A stretch of DNA of 64,000 bases. Source: Octopus vulgaris (lineage: Eukaryota). Numbering within the stretch: position 1 is the stretch's first letter; each line of letters opens with the position of its first letter. Under the pieces are notes generated by a model. That model was not told the origin of the DNA, did not search any database, and worked only from the letters and a program-made list of their open reading frames with translations. Shown piece after piece: positions 39,792 to 53,445 of the stretch. Location of the stretch: positions 75,826,001 through 75,890,000 of the forward strand of contig OX597819.1 of NCBI GenBank assembly GCA_951406725.2. Reading direction: 5' to 3'. Position numbers and translations under genes: made by a program.

Positions 39792-40103
39792 AATGTTTGG
39801 TCTATTGACATGCTAAAGTAGAACCAGTCAGATCTTTATCAAATAACTCACTATTATATCGATAAAAGGAGGAACATATATAATATAGACATTGAGACAT
39901 CATGTATAAAATCGATGGAAAGAATCTGGTCAAAAGGTCTGTTCGATTAGGGCTGACAGTTGCCAAACAACATAGAAAATAGATGCTCCCAACAAAGGGC
40001 TCATACACAGTGCCACCAAATTCACTCATAAGGCATTAATCGGCCAAACGTTAGATTAGATTAGAAGACACATCCTCGACTTGCCACAACGTAAATATAT
40101 ATA

Positions 40104-40151
<48 letters not shown>

Positions 40152-40161
40152 CATACATACA

Positions 40162-40313
<152 letters not shown>

Positions 40314-40422
40314 ATATAGGGTAAAAAATCATTAATCTATAATTAATAAATTTCACCAAGTAGTTTCGGTATGGAAGGGGACCATATTCTGTAAAAAACT
40401 TATACAAGAAGTTTTATATATA

Positions 40423-41478
40423 ACTAGCAGAGATACCCGGCGTTGCCCGGTTACATTCAATTGAAGAATTAGACTTTTCTGTTATATTTTCTGAATGAAC
40501 TGGAATATCTATGTTTCGAATTTCATCAAAATTGCAGATGAGGGTTATTTCCCTCTTTACACACCCTAAAAAATTGTAATCGTGCCACATGGAAACCAAA
40601 AGACGAATGATCACAATAAGCAGTCAGTTACCCTATCCTAGTCGTTACCACCCCCAATGTAGGATTCCTCACCATCCAGGTGACAGGCACAGCCGTAAGA
40701 TGCATTACGAATCTATAGCAATTGGAAGTGCGTGACCCAACTGAAATCAATATTAACAACTGTGTGACGTGAGGGCTTAGGAGAAATTAAAGTGTCACCT
40801 CCGGAGTTTGCAAATGACCACTATACTGATACGTAACTGGACAGAATCAATTTAAAATCTATAAATGTCTTTGAATAACCAGTCACTCATCTGGGAAGGC
40901 CTTGTAATGAATGTTACCATCTGGGGACTATGTGTGACCGAGTGATAATAAAAAGACTGAATGGAGGTCTGCAATCAAATAACTTTACTCAACACTTTGC
41001 AACTGAATCAGTGGAGACAAAGATGCCTCTCATTTACTTAACATTTTATGCACCACATTGCAGAAATCACAATGTAAGTGTATGTCAAAGCAAACTGTTA
41101 CACTGTTGTACCATTGAATTAGAGATAATGCCCAACTTTTATGCTCGGGTAACCCTACAGCTTCCAAGAGCACAACTGTATTCGTTTTTGCTTAGATAAA
41201 ATGACAAAATTGTGGGTGTTAAGTCCCCATGGAGGGGTCTTTCTAACTTTGTAAGAAGATGAAATTTTATAAATATTACTTCATTTGTGTCTAATATCTA
41301 TGGTTAAAATTTCATCAACAGCAAAAATATATGAATTGTCATGGGGGTTATGGCCCTTATGCTTAGAATATAATTTCCAAATTTCATAAAGATCCATTCA
41401 GTACTTTGACCTAGTTTTGGATCATAAAAGAAATGACTAAAATTTGGGAGAGTAAGGCTCCCATTAGGGTGTTATATA
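40423..41478 (-). mobile_element. Non-autonomous Helitron/Helentron-like element (far boundary approximate)
   Basis: Minus strand ends CCGGGCAACGCCGGG hairpin + TATCTCTG-CTAG|T, the canonical Helitron 3' end. Confidence 0.5.
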
Positions 41479-41819
41479 TATATATATACACACACAAAGA
41501 TAAATTGATAGATACAACTGAGTGGGCAAACAAAAATATGAGACACAGCCTAGTGCTTTTTTATGTTGATAAGCCTAGTACTTATTCAATTAGTTTGTTC
41601 TTGTGAAACCAGTAAGTTTTGTGGATGTAAATAAATGAACAGCAGTTGTGAAGCAGTGATGCGGGCGAAACACAGACACAAAGACACACACATACACTTA
41701 CATATATACATATATATATACGATTAATTTGTTTCAGTTCCTGTCTACGAAATCCATATATATTGTTGTTGGCATCCTTTTTGTCTCGGGATACAATGGA
41801 GTTGCGCATAACATAATCT

Positions 41820-43381
41820 AGTCCGGCTTTTACATTTCATGTCCTAATACATCTCCTGCTGTGGCTGTGTAGTCCTATCCTAGACAAACACTCCCTCTGG
41901 CAGGTGGTGCAAATGTAGCGAAGACTTTGCCTGGCTGGTTGTAAAGTCATACTTTCTTGTTGACGTCTTTTCTTGTCTTTCGATTTCTCCTCTCCCTCTA
42001 TGTCACTCCTTTGTGTTCCCTCTTTTACGGTACGTCGCCAATCTCCACAATTGCTGGCGACTGCTTCCCAGTTGGTAATATTGATGTTGCAGGCATTCAT
42101 GTCCCTTTTGCAAACATTCTTGTATCGTAAGAACGGTCTTCCCACAGACCTAGTGCCCCTAGCAAGCTCTCCGTTGAGTATGTCCTTGGGGATTCTGCCA
42201 TCTTCCATACGACTAACATGTCGAAGCCATCTCATGCGTCTTTGTGTGAGGAGTGTAAACATGCTTGGTATTCCTGCTTGCTTGAGGACACCTTTGTTGG
42301 GGACATGATTCTGCCATTTGATGCGAAGGATTTTCTCGAGGCAGCGCAGGTGAAAAATATTTAGGCAACGTATGGCGTCGTAGGGCGTGTGTATGGCGTC
42401 CAAGTCTCACTTCCATACAGTAGAGTGCTAAGTACACATGCCTGGTAAATCTTCATTTTTGTGGTCTTGGTCAGCTTATTGTTGTCCCATGCCCGTTTGG
42501 AGAGTTGGGCCATCACAGCAGCTGCCTTGCCAATGCGTATATTGAGCTCCTGTAGTCTGTGGTCTCCAATATGTATGTTTGGGATGGTCGATGTAACCTG
42601 ACCCATGATGTTGGTCTTCTTGAGGCTGATAACTAAGCCAAAGTTGCCACATGCTTGCTCAACACAGTTGATGAGCCTTTGTAGGGCTTCTTCTGTGTGT
42701 GATACCAGAGCGTCATCATCAGCAAATAGTATCCCCTTGATCAAGACGCTTTTGATTTTGGTCTTGGCACGCAGACGCAAGAGATTGAACAGTTTCCCAT
42801 CACTTCTACTGTGCAGAAACACTCCATCATCTGCTGTCACAAAGGCATGTGACAGCAGCAGCGAGAAGAAGATGCCAAATAATGTAGGAGCAAGAACACA
42901 ACCTTGCTTTACCCCATTTTTTATTTGGAAGGCGGCTGATGTTGAACCATTGTGCTGTATGGTGCCTTACATATCATCATGGAAAGATGTGATGATCCTC
43001 AGCAGCTTTAGTGGGCATCCGATATTTTGGAGCAGGATGAAGAGGCCTTTTCTATTTACCAAGTCAAAGACCTTTGTCAGATCAATGAAGGTCATATATA
43101 ATGGCATTTTCTGCTCTCTGGACTTCTGAAGTTGGTGTATGGAGAATATCATGTCAATAGTTGATCTGCTTCTTCTAAAGCCACACTGCGATTATGGATA
43201 CATTCGAGAAGTAAGCAGTTGCAGCCTGGACAGGATAATGCGAGCAGAGGCCTTTCCAACAGTGCTGAGAAGAGATATTCCACGGTAATTGTTACAATCA
43301 CTACGGTCACCTTTGTTTTTGAAAAGCGTAACGATGTTAGCATCCCGCATATCCCGAGGGACTGTAACCTCTTCCCAGCAC
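41820..43381 (-). mobile_element. RTE (BovB-like) LINE, 5'-truncated, decayed RT
   Basis: DMRDANIVTLFKNKGDRSDCNNYRGISLLS, FIDLTKVFD, GVKQGCVLAP, LFADDDAL, LLYGSETW, RMEDGRIPK, and C-terminal CTTCQRECLSRIGLHSHSRRC. Confidence 0.93.
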
Positions 43382-43790
43382 ATAATCTTAATTGAGAAAG
43401 AAAGCAAACCATGCTGGATCATAGATATAGCATGCCTAGCTGTCAACAAGGTATGTGATAAGGAAGAAAGAAAAGTCGAGAGATATGACAGGTTAGTTTG
43501 GGAAGTTAAGCAGTTGTGGTCGATGAAAAAGGTAGCAGTAATACCAATAATTGTCGGAGCCCTGGGAATAGTGAGCAAAAATCTCGAGAAGTACGTGGAA
43601 CAAGTAGGGGCTGCAATAAGGGTGGCTCACTTGCAGAAAACAGTACTGCTTGGAACTGCTCGAATACTCCGGATGATGCTCGAAAAATAAGAGGTGTGAC
43701 CTTAGTTCACTGGTAGTGAACAGCTGACACTGTAGTACAACAGCGTTAGAAGTTGTGCAAAGGCAATAATGATAATAAAAATAATAATAA
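43381..43790 (+). mobile_element. R4/Dong (or NeSL)-type LINE 3' end with restriction-like endonuclease
   Basis: IILIEKESKPCWIIDIAC..KEERKVERY..VIPIIVGALG..LQKTVLLGTARILR; stop at 43690; AAT-like tail 43765-43790. Confidence 0.88.
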
Positions 43791-43965
43791 AGCTGAAAGG
43801 AAGAACGAGTATATAATGCGTGTGGCTAATATAACCATCACCAAATATAACAATATCTGTTTCAACACACAAATTCACGCCTGGAATCTTGCAAAAGATA
43901 TACATAAATGTATATTTTATATAGAATTAGCACTGTTAATTGTGATACATAAGTGTTAATAATTT
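43790..43965 (+). repeat. Distal part of the foldback family arm
   Basis: CCAAATATAACAATATCTGTTTCAACAC..GGAATCTTGCAAAAG matches ~9383-9432 and ~48268-48390. Confidence 0.75.
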
Positions 43966-44195
43966 AGCAAGAAACACGTTGCACAAAATGGACGCTAAAA
44001 GCAGCATATTTATTGATATATATTAAAACTGAAAAGTATTTGATTTTACTATTAGTTTAGTTTGATCTAATAGGTTATTTAGGATTTTTTTACTCTCACA
44101 CTCACAATCAACACATACACAGAAAAAGAAGTACAGACCAACACGCGCACAGCAACACATACCAATACAATCTGTACATGTATGTGTAGTGTGTG

Positions 44196-44425
<230 letters not shown>

Positions 44426-45387
44426 TATGTATCTATGTATATATATCTGTGCAGATCCATATATATGTATATATATACACATATTTAATGTATGTAATGT
44501 ATATACACACATATATGTTCATACATACACACATATATATTATATATAAGTATATATAAATATATATGTACACACTCACATATACACACACACATATACA
44601 CACATGTGCACACACACTTAAGTACATACATATATGTGTGTATGCGTGTGTGTGTGTATGTATATTATAAGTATATATGTGTGCTTGATTGTTTGTTCTT
44701 AGAAAACAGATCGTACTAAAATTTAATATCCAGAATAAAACGGAACCTTTGTACTATATAATGCTTTCCAGTTCAATTTAACTCTAATTCTTTTTATACA
44801 CATGTTTTATATTTTCGTCTGCTGGTTTCAATCATTGGGCTGCAACCATGTCAGAATATCACCTTGAACGCTTTCGCCAATCACATTGACCCTAGTCTTT
44901 ATCCTTTGAACCTTTAAATCGACATAAAGTAACACGATACGAAGACAATGTCGGTTTTATCTGTGTAGACAATAGGAATAGGGTCACTTATGTCCACCGC
45001 TTTACTTCCTTGAACTTGTTTCATTGAATCACGTAGAATGAAAGGAAAAGTGAAGAGGTACATTTGGCATTGTTCGAACTTAGAATAACAGAAAGACGAT
45101 ATTATTCAATTGTTTTCTTTAAAACGCCATCATATATTCCTTTTAGTGCTGGATGAATGAGGAAGATTTACAAATGGAGACAGGTACGAGATTGTCAGTA
45201 TAGGAAAGAGAAAGAGAGATTAATAGACTAAAGTCAGTAAGAGAGACAGGTATTCGTTCGAGTGGAGAAAATGAAACTCAAGGAGATGTGGCAAGGCTGG
45301 AGGAAAGAATAAAACAGTAATAATTATTGAAGGGCGACAGAAATAAACCGCGACGTTTTTGGTGAGCATCATTTTATTAAAAGGTAA

Positions 45388-45565
45388 TAGATTGGTTTCA
45401 AATTTTGGCACAAGGCCAGAGGTTTTCGGGTAAGTTGATCGCTTCGACTCAGTGTTCAACTGCTTCTTATTTTATAGGTCGTGAAAAGGATGAAAAGTAA
45501 AGTCGACGTCGGCGGGATTTGAACTCAGAAGGCATTTTACCCGGGTGCTAATGCTTCTGCCTGCA
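45388..45565 (-). mobile_element. SINE family C, degenerate
   Basis: GGTTTCAAATTTTGGCACAAGGCCAG..AAAGGATGAAAAGTAAAGTCGAC..GGATTTGAACTCAGAA. Confidence 0.7.
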
Positions 45566-45605
45566 AAGATAGTCTCACTGATTTGAGAGTACTGTGTATT
45601 ACCTA

Positions 45606-45698
<93 letters not shown>

Positions 45699-45758
45699 AT
45701 CTATCTTTGCTTTCATTTATAAATCACTTTGTTGTCTACGCATATATATATATGTATA

Positions 45759-45876
<118 letters not shown>

Positions 45877-46237
45877 GTTATCGAAATTTAATCAGAAAAT
45901 ACTATATATATAATTAGAAATATTTCAATTTTGTATATCACATAGAATTCGAATTTGTTATCGGTACACACACAAACACACTCACATGCACATGCACACA
46001 TGCGCACACACACAAATGAAATACACTGGCGCATTCAGGAAAAGAGGCTATCACATATAAATTCCCTGTCTCATATATACAATCTAATGACCAAAGCCCT
46101 TTTATTAGAAACGTATAACGTAACTGTAGTCATTACTCTCTCTGTCTGTCTGTCTCTCTCTCTTTGTCTCTCTCTCTCTCTCTCTTCATGCACAAAGATA
46201 TATACTCACATACATGTATGAATATAAATATACGTAA

Positions 46238-46277
<40 letters not shown>

Positions 46278-47930
46278 ACACCCACGAATATACATATACA
46301 CATGTATTACACCCACACATATATACATATGGAGAATTACGCACGTAGAAACGTTAAAGAAAAGCAGATGTATTGTTTCCAAACCATACACACATACACA
46401 CACACACAATTTGCCAGACTCGTTTAAATTGATACTTATCTCAAGTATACATAAAACCAAATAGAATATGTAAATCAATAATATATAACATACGACGTTT
46501 ATACACACCCACACGTATAATACGTACACATACGTATGCTTACTTCACATCTTTCGGATTTACATATATAGTTCTACTCCCCAGTGTATTGGCTAATTCG
46601 TCTGTGTATATCTTATATAGTTTACGATTTAAAAACCTACACTCCACTTTACTTTCGTTATATTTAATTTTGTTCAGAAAGTTGGCTTTTTAAAATGATT
46701 CATTCACCTCAATTGCATTACAATATATTTTGCGTACATATTTTCTATGAGAATCTTCTAGATCTCTAGAGTTAAAATTATTGATGATCTTCCTACAAAA
46801 CCGCTTTTATAAAGCTGTATCAGTAGTAAATTTATATTGCTTCTTCCCACTCTCTCACATCCTCTCCCCTTAACTCATACCAAACCGACACACAGTCACA
46901 GATACACGCATGATACATGTTATAAATACATACTCAAAGATGAATATACACGCACGTATACATTGGCACACACACACATACACATATAAACATATACATA
47001 TCCATATATATGTGTATGAATGTATTTTTATTGATTGCATTTTGTCACAAAACCCATAAAACTGCACAAGAAGGCGATATTTTAGAAGTATATATGTGTG
47101 TGTGTACGTATGTATATATACATGTATGTAAGCATGTATTCCACCGCTCACATGCAAACATACACATACATACAGAGGCAAATTACAAATGTGTCTGTAA
47201 ATGTGTGTTACAATGTTCAGTCAATGTTTGCAGTAGAGTCCACATAATTATTTCTATACAACCGAATGTGTATATATTCGCTAAGAATAGCTTCGTACTT
47301 GTTCTGTATTCTTTACAGCGTGTATCAACCTGGAAAGTGACTAGAAAACGAGAGAACATCTTAGTGTCTCTTAATTTTTTTGAATAGCAGCCCAAAATAA
47401 GTTGTCGTTTTAAGGTGGCAACCCCCAAAAGGAGTGAAAAGGAATCTTTTCATTAAAAAATGCTAAATTGCATTCATACTGTTCACTATAGATTATTTTC
47501 AGTATATTTCAAGTATAAGAGAAAATATAATGAGGAGGAATTAGATATTTAATTAAGGAAGAAAAAAATGATTCTGTATCATAAAATAGGCAAACAGCTG
47601 ATATCATTTGATTTTTTCCTGCAATCCTGAAAACGAATTTTACAGCATAAAAAATTAATCCTCTACTGAGAATAGCAAATTAAATTTACTCTAATGACGA
47701 TTTTACTAAATTTATTTCATGAGGACATTTATTTTATGAAAATAGATATTGATAAACCCCATGAACTATAAGTATCACGCGTCTCTTAATAGCTTCACTT
47801 ATTGCCATCAAATTACATTCACTATCGCGAATAAACATTGAGATTTGATGGCTAAAAAACAAATCAGTAACTGAGAATAGCAAATTGATTTTACTCTTAG
47901 ATTTACTAAATATATTTTATACAAATATTT

Positions 47931-48390
47931 TTATATTTGGCAATGGTCATATTTTTTGTCAATTAACCACACACTCTATATACTTGGTCTTCACTTCAGC
48001 TTTATTATCATTTTTATTTTAGTGTCCTTTGTCTGAAAGCTTTCGTCACACATTCTATGATATCTTCAGCTGTTCATCCCACGTATCTCTTGTTCTGTTT
48101 AGTCTGAGACAGAATAGGTTAAACAGAACAGGAGGAGACACATGGGAGGGAGAGTTGCTGAATGGGTTAAAGGATATGTGACAAAACATTTCAGAAAATA
48201 ATAATAAAACTGAACTGAAAACCAAGTGTAGAGTGCATAAGTTCAATTGGCAAAAAATATGGCCATCCCCAAATATAATGATATCTGTTTCAACACCTGA
48301 TGTCACACCAGGAATCTTGCAAAAGAAATACATAAACGTATTTTATACAATGCTTTAGCGCTATTAATTGAGATATGTTCGTGTTAATAA
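47931..48390. repeat. Foldback element centred near 48110 (arms ~170 bp), HHR-like core in the left arm (48031-48069, minus)
   Basis: TCCCACGTATCTCTTGTTCTGTTTA pairs with TAAACAGAACAGGAGGAGACACATGGGA, extending out to TATATTTGGCAATGGTCATATTTTTTG / CAAAAAATATGGCCATCCCCAAATATA. Minus strand CTGAAGA-tatcat..gtgac-GAAA-GCTT-TC-AGAC. Confidence 0.75.
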
Positions 48391-48499
48391 CTAAGTAACT
48401 CTTAGTATGTATGCAATCTCTGTACATGCATGCTATTCGCTCACTTCCCTAAATTTTACTTATTTTACCAGAAATCATTTGCACAAAGAACTTTTAAGT

Positions 48500-50100
48500 T
48501 CTGGCAAGATCAGAAAACTCTACCACACAAGATTTCATCTCCGTCGAGCTGTATACTAAGCCATATTTAAATTGCAGTCGGTTTCGTAGCTTGGATTTTG
48601 TATTTATTATATCTCGATTTTCAGTGATATGTTATTGCAAAAGGGAGTCACACCTTCATTGTTTCATTCCTAACAACTGGTTTTCTTTCCCTGACATTCA
48701 AAAGAAGAATGCAAGGATAGATTTGACTTCTTTATAAAAATGATAACTGTCACATAATTTTGAATTTCGTTAAACTCCTCTTGAAATTTATTTGTGGTGA
48801 TAAAATCTGCATGCAAGACATTTATATCAGTACTAAATGGAGTTTGCCCCCCCCCCCCCCATTGTATTTCCCACCGGATAGCAATTTTACTTGGTTACCC
48901 GTGAAAATATTCTGTCTGCCATTAAGATTATTACCGTAATCATTCAAAAGATTCAATTCTGGAAAAGATAGGTAATTATTTTTGTTGCACCAGATTCATT
49001 TTTGCATAATTTGGGTTTCTGCATTAAAGCAATAATTGTTTGTTCACAACTTTGTAGAGAGATATTTTAGTCATCCAGTTTAGAAAATAGCATCGCTAAA
49101 CATAAGCTAATTGAAGCATGCTTTCAGATTATGGAAATCTTAAAAGAAAAAGACAATCGTTTTTAAGATAAAAATTTTTTTTCTGGAATGAGGAAACTTA
49201 AACATAACGTAACCTAAATATTCATCTTCAATTCCGATAGAAAAATAAGCATTACAGATGTGATTTTTATCGAGATTTTGGACGATGTAATTTAGTATTA
49301 AAAGCAAGATCTGTATATATATATATATAAAGGCAAAACGTTGGATAACTAATAACTTTTCCTGACAATCCTTGGCTTGCTCTAGGTATTGTTGATGTAC
49401 ACGCTGATACACCAATTCTAGCATGTTTAAAAATGTAATCTATCATTTTAAAATCTATCCAGTTATTGAAGTAAAAAGCAGTCTGCTGAATAAAATGCCC
49501 CCCCCCCGCTCTCATACTTTTTTCGTCAGAGTGTCTCGTATAAATCATGAGTTAATCAGCTTTCTTCCTATCAGTTGATTTATCAAGCTAAAATGAACAC
49601 TAAATAATCCACTTGCTTTTATTGTGGAAATCCTTTGTTCATTAAAATCTCTCGAAATATCACTATGACGACTACTGTCCACGTCATCTGACAATGAAAT
49701 ACACGGCCAACTCGCAAAAATTTTATTTCCATAACAATGGATACTGATTTTAAAAGGTACTCGCGTACTGTTTAGAGATTCTGATTTTGCTATTAGCCAA
49801 GTAACGTTCTACGACCTCTACGTAATTTTTTTATTTACACAGAAAATATATTACAATCGTTGGAGCAATCCGGCCATTTGCCATTTAGCAGTACGTTCTT
49901 CGCTTTTAAATAAAAACTTTCTTTTTCTTGGTATTTCGTCTTGAATAACTATTTGAGTTTATTGTGTTCAGCGATTAGTTATTTAACACATTACAGCTGT
50001 GTGGTTTGACAACTTCATGCATAGTAACATATTTAAATCTCCGAAAGACAAGTCTAAGTTGTTCCTTTCGTCACGAATTGAATTTCAACGTTGAGTTAAA
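48500..50100 (-). mobile_element. Heavily decayed hAT transposase relic (Buster/Charlie, ZBED5-like); boundaries approximate
   Basis: Minus-strand remnants MKLS, VTWLIAKS, ISLSDD..RHSDISRDFNEQ.ISTIKASGLFS, LDKSTD..LMIYTR match the Buster-type pattern IAK..PLS..RRI.D+S.D..Q..K.S..F++QLDESTD..QL++++RY. Confidence 0.65.
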
Positions 50101-51085
50101 TGGTCGTAGCAAGGTTATTACATTAACTTTGCATACAAGTCAAATCCGTGTTTAAAATACCAGACAAAGCCAGCCATATATTTTTAACCAGAGCCGCGGA
50201 AGCCGTCAATTCCTGCATCTCATAAAACGCAAGAACTTTCGCGATCTTCACATTTTCCTAATAAAAGCTATTTTTATCATTTCATGATATGTTCAATTTA
50301 AATATACAAAACTAAGCAAAAAAATCTCTTATGCTAAAAATAAACTGTAATAATAACAATAATAATAGTAATAATAATAATGATGATGATGATGATGATA
50401 ATAATAATAACAATGATATAGTTTGAACATAAAAAGATGATATAAAAAAAGACAGTATAAATTGGATTTTCTTTTGTAGTCATTTGCAATTCGGTTTACT
50501 GCAATCTATTTTGGGGAAAATTGAAACTAAAATATACGTTTAATGTTTACCGTTTTCCTTCTTAGCCCATGAGGAACATAATCATATATAATAGTAAGGC
50601 AGTAGGTAAGACGCTTGTACTTTCGAACTAAAGAAATAACTTCCTAAAATTGCTTCGTGATCCACTGGAAATAATTTTTGAAACACTATCCTGAGGTTAC
50701 AAACACTACTGTACGTAGTCTTTCGACTAGAAGTAGAAACTAAATCTTCAGATCAACATATTCGGCTGTCTTAATAAAGGCAATATCATTCGAAACGTGC
50801 TGCCTGAATCAAAAGAGAAAAAGGAAATCAGGACTAAATTATTTTGGTCATAGATCTGCTCCATCACGATTAACTTTTAGCTCAACAAGAGCAACAACAA
50901 AAGAAAAATAACGAGCAACGACAAAAACAACAGACCAAAATAAAATGTACTTCGCTTTTCTACAAACATAAAAAAAGATGTAAAAAAACCAAAGCAAAAG
51001 TAACTAGCAATTTAGTGATATTTGTGTTGCGAAATATGTTTTTAAAACCCTGGATAAATTACCTGAATTTCATTAATACAATATA

Positions 51086-51232
51086 AGGCGTGGCTGTGTA
51101 AGAAGCTTGCTTCTCAACCACATGGTTGCGAGTTCAGTCTCACTGCGTGGGTGAGTGTCTTCTACTATAGCCTCGGGCCGACCAAAGCCTTGTGACCGGA
51201 TTTGGTATGCAGAAACTGAAAAAAAACCCGTT
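51086..51232 (+). mobile_element. SINE family B 5' half
   Basis: GGCGTGGCTGTGTAAGAAGCTTGC..CTATAGCCTCGGGCCGACCAAAGCCTTGTG..GAAACTGAA. Confidence 0.8.
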
Positions 51233-51671
51233 ACATACATACATACATACATACATATAATCAAAATAAGCAACAAGAATAACTTCAGTAATTTGGTACG
51301 ATCGTTTCACGCTACATCATTTTATTAAGTATTGTAAGTATTACAACAGTTTTAAAATGTTGAGCAATCATCAGCCATTTATAGAGGTTTTCCATTAATA
51401 CATAATTTTCATATCAATTGATAACATTATAGAGAAGTTAGATATATAGACAAAGATGTCGATTTAAATTTTAAGAACATTAAGGTAGTAGGGTTTATCT
51501 TCTGACTGAAGAATATTCATTAAGTTATTTTGAACTGCTAGAAGGTTGGGATGTATAATCAGTTGAAAGAAAACGAAAAGATTTTCTATTTATAGAAATA
51601 GGGGTGAAATAGGTGTCAGAAGTTCTTCATAAAGAAATTAAGTACCATATTCATTTGAATCTAAATTTTGC

Positions 51672-51713
<42 letters not shown>

Positions 51714-51716
<3 letters not shown>

Positions 51717-52801
51717 GATTATCCCATGAGTTCTGTCCGAATTCTGAATAGTGAGCAAATGTTATATTTAATTGAAATTTAATCATCAATGTACTTTCCC
51801 TGATTATCTATGACTTCCTTCCATCTATTTGCCATCTTTTTAATCCCATCAATGTAAAACTCTTTTGGTTTCAAAGCGAAGAACTCTGGAATGTCAGTTT
51901 CGACCTCCTCCTTGCTTGCGAAAGCTATGTCCCCCAAATGATTCTGTAAACTACGAAACAAATGATAGTCTGATGGAGCAAGGTCAGGAGAGTAAGGTAG
52001 ATGAGAAATCTTTTCCCAGCCAAGCTCTGCGATCTTCTGATAGAGAGAAAAACCTTTTCTCATGAATTTCCATTCACGGTTGTGGTTGAGCTTTTTCCCT
52101 TTTACCAAGCCGCTGCTAACGACGTTTAACATTTCTTTAGAAGATCCATTTTTCGTTACCAGTCACAAGTCTATCCAAAAAGGGTGGAATGAGTTCGCGA
52201 GAATGGAGAGAAGAGCAGATGTCAACTCGGTATTTGCGGTTGCTTTCCGACAATTCACGAGGCACCTATTTTCCAAGTTTAGGATCCTTTCCAAGTTGTT
52301 GAAGATGACAATGAACAGTTGTATGGTTTGAAATAAGCTTTATTGCCAATTCTTCAACTGATAATGCAGGATTTTCTTCAAGTAATGCCTGAATGAGCTT
52401 ATCATCAAACTCAACTGGACGTCCTGTTCGATCTTCATCTTCAAGGCTGAAATTTCCACTTCTGAAGTTTGCAACCCATCTTCTTCAAGTTCTTTCATTC
52501 AAGCATTCTTCCCCATAAACTGCGTGTATATTCTGAGTCGCTTCTGCTGCAGAGTTTCCTTTTTTGTACTCACTCATAAAGCATTATGTGCCTCAAATGC
52601 TCTTTGGATACTTCCATGTTAGAAAAGGTTTTAATCAAAGAAATTTTAATTCTGTTATTCTGTAAAATATTATTTAATTAGTTTAAATGTACTAAAATGC
52701 ATTAAAATAATATATAATTCCATTAGACATTCTAAAATACTATTAAATTTCATTCAATTTAAAAAAAGGTAAAATCGAACAGAACTTATGGGATGACCTG
52801 A
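51714..52801 (-). mobile_element. mariner transposon, both TIRs, internally deleted transposase
   Basis: TIRs TCAGATTATCCCATGAGTTCTGTCCG / CGAACAGAACTTATGGGATGACCTGA; start MEVSKEHLRHIML at ~52617; LVTKNG (degenerate first-D region), HLPYSPDLAPSDYHLFRSL. The HDNA region is missing (deletion near 52070). Confidence 0.92.
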
Positions 52802-52834
52802 TATATGTATATAGAAAGAATTAAAAAACAGCAA

Positions 52835-53002
52835 CAAAAGACGAAGACTGGCGATGTAGACAACAAGCAGATGTATTACTTTAATGCTCGGGAAGTGAAA
52901 AAGTCTTTAACGTTTCGAGCCTATGCTCTTCCACTGAAAGGAATACTGAAAGAAACAAGGAGAGAAAATAAAGAATTGTGTAGTGGCTTGCGATCTATCA
53001 TA
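52835..53002 (-). mobile_element. Relative of the 26955-27160 HHR-like element, core mutated
   Basis: Minus strand CAGTGGA-A-GAGC(atag)GCTC-GAAA-CG-TT-AAAG: same stem II/III layout as 27028-27054, but no intact CUGANGA. Confidence 0.5.
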
Positions 53003-53043
53003 TATGTATATATGTATGTATGTATATATGTAATTATGATTTT

Positions 53044-53288
53044 GTGTGTGTGCGTGTGTTTGTATGTGTGTCTTTGTGTCTGTTTGTCCCCCACAACTGT
53101 TTGGCAATTGGTCTTGGTGTGTTTACCTTCTTGTAACTTATCAGTTCAGCAAAAGAGATGCATAGACGGATAAAATAAGTATCAGAGTTAACAGAAGAAA
53201 AAACACAAGTAATGGGACCGATTCACTTGACTTGAATTCTTTCAAGGCGGTGCCTCAGCATGGCCGAAACAACAAAAAGATAAAAGAT
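53044..53288 (+). mobile_element. SINE family B 3' half, degenerate
   Basis: (TG)n-GTCTGTTTGTCCCC..TAACTTATCAGTTCAGCAAAAGAG..AAGGCGGTGCCTCAGCATGGCCG. Confidence 0.7.
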
Positions 53289-53445
53289 ATTAAAATGCTG
53301 CTGTAGGGGATTATATTTTGTAGTAAGAACAGTTAGTTCTATTTCGGGTTGTTTGTACGGGAATGTGATACAGTGCATAATAAATGGCCATAAAAAGTTT
53401 TGTGTATTCCCCACAAAATTCCTTAAGACACCGGAACATACTTGT

